Sequence record: SRR20825019_1820
DNA: 46,453 nucleotides
Strand: one strand, 5' to 3'
Shown: positions 37,457-45,086 of the stretch, piece after piece
Layout: every line of letters begins with the position of its first letter
Numbering within the stretch: position 1 is the stretch's first letter
Translations under genes and position numbers: made by a program
The notes under the pieces: generated by a model
The model's database searches: none
Told to the model about the DNA's origin: nothing
The model's input: the letters and a program-made list of their open reading frames with translations, nothing else

Positions 37457-37670
37457 TGAGGCTCCTGCCAGCTGAACGATGTCGTGCCGTTATCAGAGCT
37501 CCGGGCAAATCCGAAAATCATTGTTTTGAAGGATGCTGAACGAAGGAAGACTTGGCGCGTTTACTGTTTATTAGGCTTACCCAGCTTAGTTTTCGCGGCT
37601 GATGGTTTACTGCAGTGTAGACCGTTCCCGCCGGCTGGTTGACTCTCTGGAATAGACTGCTGGACCATTC

Positions 37671-39362
37671 ATGAGTGACATCGATATTGCCGATCAGTTC
37701 AGTTCGTTCGATGCGCTGCACGATAGCGTGTTTCTGATCGATTTTGGCGGGCTTGTCATCGCGGCGAATACGTCCGCGCTGGATACGCTTGGGCTGACGG
37801 CGGTGCAGTTGGTGGGAAGTCCTTTCTCCAATTATTTTCCGGACTGCGACATGCTGGTTCCCGGCGGGGACGGGGATGTGATCGAAATAAGCGGACGTCG
37901 TGGGGATGGTGCGCGCTTATTGCTGGAAGGCCGTTCGTCCGTTGTTTACCGCAATGGCGCCAGATGTTGTCTTCTGGTCATGCGCGACCGGCACAGCAGG
38001 GTTTCTTTGGAAGAGAAACTCATATGGGCCGCATTCAATGATCCGGTAACCAAGTTACCGAACCTGGTTGGCTTCTGCAGCCGTATTGGACAGCGTATTC
38101 ATGTCGGCGAGTTCCCCCTCGACGGTACGGCAATGGTTATTGCGATCTCTTTGGGAAGACTCGGTTTTTTCGCCGGCACGCTGGGTGAAGCCACCCGGGC
38201 CCGGATTGTCCGGGAGGCGGGGGATCGGCTAGGCCGTCTGGAAGAGGTTCTCGAAATTGCCTTGCTTGACGACTCAACCCTGGGCGTTGTGGTCTCTACC
38301 GAAGGTGGGCCAGATGATCTGACGGGCTTGGTCGAGAAACTGCGCATCTGTGTCGAGGTCAGTTATTCGCCGAGCGAAAACGCCGCACGTATCGTTCCGC
38401 ATTTTGGTATCAGCCGCATTAGCGACCCGGATCTCGACCCTGAGGATATTGTGCGCAAGGCCCGGTTTGCCCTGAATGCGGCACTGCAGAAGGCGATGGG
38501 CAGCGCGGAAATATATGAAGACGAAACGCACCGTGAGGCCGTCCGGAATCTGGTGGTCGAGCATGACCTCCGGCGCGCGATATTCGAACGTAAAGAAGAG
38601 TTCTGGCTGGCCTACCAGCCAAAGGTCGATTGCAATACCGGCGGAATTTCAGGGCTTGAGGCGTTGATCCGCTGGAATCACCCGAAACGCGGTCTCGTGG
38701 GACCGAACGAGTTTCTGCCGATTGCCCGGCAGGCCGGTATAGCATCGGATCTGACATTCATTGTTCTCGAACGGCTTGTGGAGCAGATCAAGGAATGGCA
38801 GTCGGCCGGACTCAATATGGTTCCCGTCGCCTTCAATATCGGGGCTGAGGATGTTCGCGAGAACCGGCTGGTGCCGTTTCTCGCGAACCTGCTTCAGGAT
38901 GCCGGGATCGCGCCGAGTGCCCTTGAGTGTGAGCTGACCGAGACAAGCATTGTCGCCGACATGCGGGCTGCCAAACACTTGTTCGATCAGCTTGTCGAGA
39001 TGGGGGTGCAGACGGCTGTCGATGATTTTGGCACCGGCTATTCGTCCCTTGTTCACATCATAGATCTGCCGGTCAAGGTGGTGAAGATCGACAAATCCTT
39101 TGTTCAGACGATGGAAACCAGCAAAGGCAGCAATGCGATTGTCCAGGCCATCGTTGCCATGACGAAGGCGATGGGGGCAATTTGCGTCGCGGAAGGTGTT
39201 GAAACACCCAAACAATTCGCCGGCATTCGAAAGCATGGCTGCGATTTGGCGCAAGGATATTTGTTTGACAAACCTCTAGCCCCGGAGGCCGCCGCAGCGC
39301 GGTTAAGAGAAACGCGATCATATGGCAAGCGGATCGATGAAGACATGGCGATCCTTGTTTGA
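37671..39362 (+). CDS. PAS - degenerate GGDEF - EAL protein (probable c-di-GMP phosphodiesterase)
   Basis: N-terminal PAS-like region; DPVTKLPN present but LDDSTL replaces GGDEF; intact YQPK, LEALIRW, ELTE, DDFGTGYSS, KIDKSF, AEGVET, QGY. Confidence 0.92.
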   Translation: MSDIDIADQFSSFDALHDSVFLIDFGGLVIAANTSALDTLGLTAVQLVGSPFSNYFPDCDMLVPGGDGDVIEISGRRGDGARLLLEGRSSVVYRNGARCCLLVMRDRHSRVSLEEKLIWAAFNDPVTKLPNLVGFCSRIGQRIHVGEFPLDGTAMVIAISLGRLGFFAGTLGEATRARIVREAGDRLGRLEEVLEIALLDDSTLGVVVSTEGGPDDLTGLVEKLRICVEVSYSPSENAARIVPHFGISRISDPDLDPEDIVRKARFALNAALQKAMGSAEIYEDETHREAVRNLVVEHDLRRAIFERKEEFWLAYQPKVDCNTGGISGLEALIRWNHPKRGLVGPNEFLPIARQAGIASDLTFIVLERLVEQIKEWQSAGLNMVPVAFNIGAEDVRENRLVPFLANLLQDAGIAPSALECELTETSIVADMRAAKHLFDQLVEMGVQTAVDDFGTGYSSLVHIIDLPVKVVKIDKSFVQTMETSKGSNAIVQAIVAMTKAMGAICVAEGVETPKQFAGIRKHGCDLAQGYLFDKPLAPEAAAARLRETRSYGKRIDEDMAILV

Positions 39363-39457
39363 CCCCAGCCAACCGGAGACTGCTGCTTTGCAAGCGGTGC
39401 CATGCTGGACTGTCTCCTGGCGGCTGTGCTGGCTCCAGGAGATGAGGGGGCGCTTCT

Positions 39458-40168
39458 GTGTCTGAGGGCAAGAGTCAGATTCAGGATGACTGTAAGGAGC
39501 CGTCAGGGGCGGGCACTCAAGCGCAATCCCAACCTGCGGGAAAAGGCGGAAAGCCTCCGACTGTAAGTTCTGTGAATGCATATGTCGCGATCGAAGGTCT
39601 TGATTTTACTTATTTTCTTTGGTTGGCAACTGTCGCAACAGCCATTCTTGCGTCCGTCAGTATGTTGATGGCCCTCGGGCTCTTCATGCTGAATTATCTC
39701 TCCGATCTGGTTTTTGGAACGCTTCTCGTCGGCGGCGCTAATTATCTGGGCATCATGCGGGTGACAGGCGTGTTCGCAGGGATGTCCATGCTGACTCACC
39801 TGCTCCGATTGCGCATGCTGGCCGTGGCCAATTCGACCCAGGCCATTCCGTTTCCGGACGAAATCGTCGCATCGCCGAATACGGGCGACCCCAGGGTTGA
39901 TAAGTTCGAGTGCCTGGGACGCGTGCAGATCTATGTGTACGATACGGAGGTTGCCGATCTTATTCTGGCGAACCGGCCGAGGATCAAGGAAGCGTTGTCT
40001 TCTGCTCTCTCGATCGCGGTGAGTGACCCTGTCGTGCGCTACTCAAAAGAAAAGATCGAGCACACGTTGCGTATGGGGCTCGGAGAATTGCTGCCGCTCA
40101 AGAGTATTTCCGGAGTGAGCCTGTCCGAGCTACGCCACAGGGTTAGCTCCCATAGGCCAATGGATTAA
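39458..40168 (+). CDS. Membrane protein with putative FliL-like C-terminal domain
   Basis: 2-3 hydrophobic segments, then VQIYV.DTEVADLILANRPRIKEALSSALS ... KEKIEHTLR.GLGELL...ISGVSLSE, which resembles FliL. The ORF fills the gap cleanly; the function call is tentative. Confidence 0.55.
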   Translation: MSEGKSQIQDDCKEPSGAGTQAQSQPAGKGGKPPTVSSVNAYVAIEGLDFTYFLWLATVATAILASVSMLMALGLFMLNYLSDLVFGTLLVGGANYLGIMRVTGVFAGMSMLTHLLRLRMLAVANSTQAIPFPDEIVASPNTGDPRVDKFECLGRVQIYVYDTEVADLILANRPRIKEALSSALSIAVSDPVVRYSKEKIEHTLRMGLGELLPLKSISGVSLSELRHRVSSHRPMD

Positions 40169-40173
40169 TAATC

Positions 40174-41400
40174 TTAGTTAGCGTTTGATGGGCAGGGTGT
40201 TTTTGGCTCGTCCATCAGTACATGATCCGGGTTAAGCGGCCCGATCAGGGTGTTTTCAAGGTTCGTTGCACGGAGATTTGTTTTCTGGACACGGCCGACC
40301 TTGGTGCCGTCCCCGGTGCTGATCGGCGCGGGTTGGATAATTGCATCCGTGAGGTCCGCTCGCCGCAGATTACATCCCCAGAGCGTGGCGCCGGATAGAT
40401 TGCAGCCGCGCAGGCTGGCCATCTCGAAATCGGAGTTCGTCAGATTTGCCAGGATCAGCATGGAGCCGTTGAACTGGGCGCCACGAAAACTTACACCGCG
40501 CAATTGGGCACCGCTGAGATTGAGGTTCCTGAGGTCCGCATTGTCGAGATTGGCGCCGTCGAGATCGGCGCGGGCTCCACGGGAGCCGCCGGTCGAAACC
40601 CAAAAATCGTGTTCGATGAGCTGCCGGTGCAGTTCGACGGACAGGGGATCCATCGCCGCATGCAAGCGGGCGCTCTTCATGTCGACTCCCGAAAGATCCG
40701 TATCCTTGATCCGGGCACCGATCATGTTTGCTCCCTCGACCATCGCATTCTTCAGGGTCGCGCCACTGAGGTCGGCGCCTGTCGCGATGGATTGGCACAG
40801 GTCAGCGGCATCAAGAGCGGCACCGACGAGCGTGGCGTTCCGTAATGTGGCGCCACACAATTTCGCGTTGGACAGATTGGTGCGTTCCAGGTTCGCACCG
40901 GACAGATCTGCGCCTTCAAGGATTGCGCCGGACAGGTCCGCTCTCTCCATATTGGCATGATGGAGCTTGGCATGAGACAGATTGAGCGGTGTGGTCTCGT
41001 TCTCACTTCCGGACCATTTCGTCTCTGTGATCCGTCCCCGTGTGCGTGACAGATTTGCGCCCCGCATGTCGGCGCCGCTGAAGTTGACGGACGCAATGGT
41101 CGCCATGGTGAAATTGGTTTTTTCGAGTTTTGCCCCCCGGAAATTGGCGGACATCAGATCGGCACCTGTCAGATCGGCACCTGTCAGGTCAGCGCCTTCC
41201 AGATTTGCGCCTTGAAGATTGGCGCCGCGCATCAGGATATTCCGCATCTTCTTGCTGCGGAAATCGCTGCCAAACAGGTTTGTACCCGAAAGGTCCGCAG
41301 GCTTCCCACGCGTCGGATCATCCAGCCACAGCATGTGCTGGTGCAGGGTGTTCTCAAGGGACTCTTTCGAGATGTAATTGAGTGAGCTCATGCTCCTCAT
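40174..41400 (-). CDS. Pentapeptide repeat protein with two HxxW-capped modules
   Basis: Many A(D/N)LxG repeats; caps LHQHMLWL...GKPADL and LIEHDFWV..GG..GARADL. Start 41400 or 41391. Confidence 0.93.
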   Translation of the reverse strand: MRSMSSLNYISKESLENTLHQHMLWLDDPTRGKPADLSGTNLFGSDFRSKKMRNILMRGANLQGANLEGADLTGADLTGADLMSANFRGAKLEKTNFTMATIASVNFSGADMRGANLSRTRGRITETKWSGSENETTPLNLSHAKLHHANMERADLSGAILEGADLSGANLERTNLSNAKLCGATLRNATLVGAALDAADLCQSIATGADLSGATLKNAMVEGANMIGARIKDTDLSGVDMKSARLHAAMDPLSVELHRQLIEHDFWVSTGGSRGARADLDGANLDNADLRNLNLSGAQLRGVSFRGAQFNGSMLILANLTNSDFEMASLRGCNLSGATLWGCNLRRADLTDAIIQPAPISTGDGTKVGRVQKTNLRATNLENTLIGPLNPDHVLMDEPKTPCPSNAN

Positions 41401-41415
41401 ATTACGCCAGGCTGT

Positions 41416-41430
41416 TTAAGGGATCGTTAA
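41416..41430. promoter_or_regulatory. Candidate CtrA box upstream of the pentapeptide gene
   Basis: TTAA-GGGATCG-TTAA, a perfect N7 box; reads TTAACGATCCCTTAA on the minus strand. Confidence 0.6.
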
Positions 41431-41542
41431 TAATTGGGCCGTTTCTGACCTTGATTTCCACATAATCGAGGCTGGACGGAGCCGCACAGCATCGGCATAA
41501 AGGCTTCCGATAGTTCAATTGCAACACATTAGGGGTTCGGTC

Positions 41543-42226
41543 GTGGCGATTAACAAGATTGTTGATGCTCGTGCTGATGCAGTGTCCGGGGTAAAGGACG
41601 GCAGCATTGTCCTGATTTCCGGTTTTGGCGCGGCAGGCGTGCCGACGGACCTTATCCATGCGTTACTCGATCAGGGTGCCCGGGATCTGACTGTTGTCTC
41701 GAACAATGCCGGGACCGGGGATCGCGGTCTCGCAGCTCTGCTGAAAGAGGGCCGGGTGCGCCGGATCATCTGCTCCTATCCGCGTTCCGCCGGCTCGGTT
41801 GCCTTTGACGAGTTATATGCCGCGGGAAAGATTGAGCTGGAACTGGTGCCGCAGGGAACGCTCAGCGAGCGCATGCGCGCAGCAGGTGCCGGAATTGCCG
41901 CTTTCTACACTCCCACCAGTGTCGGAACGCAGCTTGCCGAGGGCAAGGAAGTGCGGGAGATCGATGGCCGTGAATATGTGCTGGAATATGCCCTGAAAGG
42001 CGATGTCGCTCTGGTTCAGGCCGAGAAGGCCGACCGGTGGGGCAACCTGATCTACAACAAGTCCGCCCGGAACTTCGGACCGGTCATGGCCACGGCCGCG
42101 GATCTTACCATCGTCGAGGCGCGTCATATCGTCGATCTGGGCGAAATCGACCCTGAAATCGTCGTGACGCCGGGGGTTTTCGTAGACAGGGTGTGCCATG
42201 TGCCGGCACTTGCCGCGGCCGCCTGA
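41543..42226 (+). CDS. pcaI: 3-oxoacid (3-oxoadipate) CoA-transferase subunit A
   Basis: INKIV, ISGFG.AG.P, NNAG.G..GLAALL, ICSYPR, VPQGTLSERMRAAGAG, DRWGNL, ARNFGPVMA; GTG start. Confidence 0.88.
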   Translation: MAINKIVDARADAVSGVKDGSIVLISGFGAAGVPTDLIHALLDQGARDLTVVSNNAGTGDRGLAALLKEGRVRRIICSYPRSAGSVAFDELYAAGKIELELVPQGTLSERMRAAGAGIAAFYTPTSVGTQLAEGKEVREIDGREYVLEYALKGDVALVQAEKADRWGNLIYNKSARNFGPVMATAADLTIVEARHIVDLGEIDPEIVVTPGVFVDRVCHVPALAAAA

Positions 42227-42269
42227 GGGCGGCCGGGCTCGGTTTTGTTGAGGCTTTAGTCCGGCGGAC

Positions 42270-43478
42270 TCAGGCCTTGCCGCCGCGTTTGCGGCATTCC
42301 ACCAGATATTCGATCGCCTTGGTGACACCGCCGGGCGTGTAGGGCACGTCGAGATAGGCGAAGGTGGCTTCCACGCTTGCCAGTGCGCCATAGAGCATCG
42401 GCTCGTTCATATCGCCCATATGGCCAATCCGGAACGCCTTGCCACTTAGGTTGCGCAAGCCGCCGCCGAGAGCACACTGCAATTCATCGCGGCAGACATC
42501 ACGGATCTTCGTGCCGTCGTAACCTTCCTTCAGCAGGATGGTCGTCACGCCGTCCGCATACTGATCCGGATTGATCGCGTTCAGCTCCATGGCGCCTGCC
42601 TGGCCCCAGTGCTCAACAGCGATCCGGGTTGCCCGGGCCAGCCGCTTGTGGCGTGCGAAGACATTCTCGAGTCCCTCTTCAAGCAGCATGTCGAGGGAGG
42701 CACGCAGGCCGTAGAGCTGGATCTGCGGGCTGGTGCCGCAGAAGGTCCGATAGCTTTCCGCCGCGAGCCGCAGGGACCAGTCCCAATAGCGGCGCTGTGA
42801 TGTTGCCTTCTTGTGGGCTTCAAGCGCTTTCGGGGAGGCGGCCACGAAGCCGAGGCCCGGCGGCATCATCAGGCCTTTCTGGGAGGCGCTGACAGCGACA
42901 TCGACGCCCCATTCATCCATCCGGAAATCTGTGACGGCGAGGGTGGGAATCGTGTCGACAAAAAGCAGGGCCGGGTGTCCGGATTCGTCAATTGCCTTGC
43001 GGATTGCCGGGACATCGCAGGTCACGCTGGTGGCGGTATCCGTCTGGATCACCAGAACGCCCTTGATCTCGTGGTTTTTGTCGGCTGCGAGGCGATCCCT
43101 GATCTTGGCCGGATCGATTGCCTGCCGCCAGTCGCCCTTGATGGTTTCGGTGCGCATCTGCAGCGCTTCCGCCATCTCGCCCCAGCCGGTCGAGAAATTC
43201 CCGAGCTCCGGCACAAGCAGCAGGTCGCCCGGGGACATGGTATTGACCAGGGCCGCTTCCCAGGCGCCATGACCGTTGGCGGCGTACATGAAAATTTCGT
43301 GCTCGGTCTTGAAGATTTTCTTCAGATCCCGGAAGCAGGTCTCGATCATTGAAAGTGCGCGCGGATCGCCAAGATCCAGGGGGTTGCGCACCATGGCTTG
43401 CTGAACCTGCTCTGGCACGTTGGTTGGGCCGGGGGTGTTAAGCAGGCTCCGACCGCGTTTAACGTTGTAACCAGACAT
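42270..43478 (-). CDS. Class V aminotransferase (serine/alanine-glyoxylate aminotransferase family)
   Basis: PGPTNVP, GHGAWEAALVN, DVAVSASQKGLMMPPG (PLP Lys), FRIGHMG. Confidence 0.93.
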   Translation of the reverse strand: MSGYNVKRGRSLLNTPGPTNVPEQVQQAMVRNPLDLGDPRALSMIETCFRDLKKIFKTEHEIFMYAANGHGAWEAALVNTMSPGDLLLVPELGNFSTGWGEMAEALQMRTETIKGDWRQAIDPAKIRDRLAADKNHEIKGVLVIQTDTATSVTCDVPAIRKAIDESGHPALLFVDTIPTLAVTDFRMDEWGVDVAVSASQKGLMMPPGLGFVAASPKALEAHKKATSQRRYWDWSLRLAAESYRTFCGTSPQIQLYGLRASLDMLLEEGLENVFARHKRLARATRIAVEHWGQAGAMELNAINPDQYADGVTTILLKEGYDGTKIRDVCRDELQCALGGGLRNLSGKAFRIGHMGDMNEPMLYGALASVEATFAYLDVPYTPGGVTKAIEYLVECRKRGGKA

Positions 43479-43704
43479 CTCCGTAGCTCCCTGTATCTCT
43501 GCGCCGGAGCGCGGGCACAGCAAGCTTCACCCGGTGACGATCCGGCACTATCCGCGTTTTTCTTTGGGTGATCCGTGAGGAATCCCGTCTATTCGGGACG
43601 TGCGAGCTGAGTTATATGGTCAGTCGCGCAAGGCGGCAACACTTCAAAAGCCGGGGGGAGCCGCTATTGTGGAGCAGGACAAAAAACGCAGTTGGAGCAT
43701 CGGT

Positions 43705-44409
43705 ATGGCCATGGAAGCGGCAGCTCAGGATAACGCAGCAAAAAAACTGACGCGGAATCAGGTCGCTTGGCGTGCGGCCAACGAAATTCCGGACGGCAGT
43801 TACGTCAATCTCGGGATTGGCTTACCGACCACCTGCGCGAACTTCATGCCAGAGGATCGCGAGATTGTTCTGCATAGTGAAAACGGCATCCTCGGTGTGG
43901 GACCGGCTCCCGAGCCGGGCACCGAAGACCCTGAACTGATCAATGCGTCGAAAGATCCGATTACCCTGGTTCCGGGCGGCTCCTTCTTTGTGCATTCCGA
44001 TGCCTTCGTAATGATCCGGGGCGGCCATATCGATCTCGCCCTGCTCGGCGCTTTCGAGATTTCCGAGACCGGCGATCTTGCGAACTGGACGACCGAGAAT
44101 CCGAAATTTCCGCCCGGCGTCGGCGGTGCGATGGATCTGGCTGCCGGTGCCAAGCAGGTTTGGGTCCTGACCGACCACGTGACCCGCAAGGGCGAGCCGA
44201 AAATAGTCAAGAGCTGCAGCTACCCGCTGACAGCCAAGCAGGTCGTGACCAAGGTTTTCACGGATCTTGCGGTGATCGACGTGACAGAAAAGGGACTGAT
44301 TGTCCGCGAAATGGTCGAGGGCATGACCCTTGCGGAGCTTCAGGAGCTTACCGAGCCGAAACTGACCCTGGCGCCGGACTGCGGTATCCTGTCCGCGCCC
44401 GCGCTCTAG
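43705..44409 (+). CDS. pcaJ: 3-oxoacid (3-oxoadipate) CoA-transferase subunit B
   Basis: YVNLGIGLPT, LHSENG (catalytic Glu), IRGGHID, GDLANW, GGAMDLAAGAK, CSYPLT. Confidence 0.88.
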   Translation: MAMEAAAQDNAAKKLTRNQVAWRAANEIPDGSYVNLGIGLPTTCANFMPEDREIVLHSENGILGVGPAPEPGTEDPELINASKDPITLVPGGSFFVHSDAFVMIRGGHIDLALLGAFEISETGDLANWTTENPKFPPGVGGAMDLAAGAKQVWVLTDHVTRKGEPKIVKSCSYPLTAKQVVTKVFTDLAVIDVTEKGLIVREMVEGMTLAELQELTEPKLTLAPDCGILSAPAL

Positions 44410-44522
44410 TCTCCGCGTGAGGGGATGTGAGCGCGTTGGTTGACTCGATCCGGCTCCCCGGCTTCACTGCGTTTCCGAATGCGGCAGGGGCCGCGCAGCT
44501 ATCCTGGAGATGTTCCTAAGTC

Positions 44523-45005
44523 ATGGATGCAGTAGAAATTTTGCCGGCGCGCGCAAGTGACAGGGAAGGGCTGACCGACCTTGTGTGCGAGCTGAAAGAT
44601 TTCGAGCGCTATCTGCATCAGGCGCGGCAGCCGGGCGAGCGGGTCGCGGCGGAGCATGTCGATTATCTGATTCATTCTGCCGAAGAGGGCGCAGGCGCCA
44701 TTTTCATCGCCTGGGTCGGTGCGGATATCGCGGGCTTCGTCGCAGGCTGGATGGCCGTGGATCAGGATCCCCTGAATTTTCCGGAACTGGCCTCGCACGG
44801 ATATGTTTCAGATGTTTTCGTATTGCACCGGTGGCGCGGCAAGGATATTGCCCTGCAGCTTCTGGAAGCCATTGAAGCACATCTGAAAAATCAGGGAGCC
44901 AGACGGCTCCGCATTCATTCGCTTGCACGCAACGCAGCGGCACTCGCCGCTTACCGGGGGTTTGGCTTCGATCCAATGGAGCTTGTCCTGGAAAAACCAC
45001 TGTAA
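44523..45005 (+). CDS. GNAT family N-acetyltransferase
   Basis: GYVSDVFV..RWRGKDIA..LL, N.AALAAYRGFGF. Confidence 0.88.
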   Translation: MDAVEILPARASDREGLTDLVCELKDFERYLHQARQPGERVAAEHVDYLIHSAEEGAGAIFIAWVGADIAGFVAGWMAVDQDPLNFPELASHGYVSDVFVLHRWRGKDIALQLLEAIEAHLKNQGARRLRIHSLARNAAALAAYRGFGFDPMELVLEKPL

Positions 45006-45086
45006 GAACACGCCTAAAAGAACACGCCGGGAAGGCGGACCCGACTCGCCGCGGGCTTCATACGGCGGAGACATTGGGAGGAATAT

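Noticed and set aside
37560..37575. Degenerate CtrA-like TTTA-N7-TTAG upstream of the EAL gene, with a similar site on the minus strand near 8977-8991
   Set aside because: Two mismatches from consensus in AT-rich DNA are too weak to call without a PWM.
40250..40960. Repetitive + strand ORF (RSAP/RFAP repeats)
   Set aside because: It is the mirror image of the pentapeptide repeats on the opposite strand.
40174..41400. Qnr/MfpA quinolone-resistance protein
   Set aside because: It is about twice the length of Qnr, has a different capped two-module layout, and has no mobile context.
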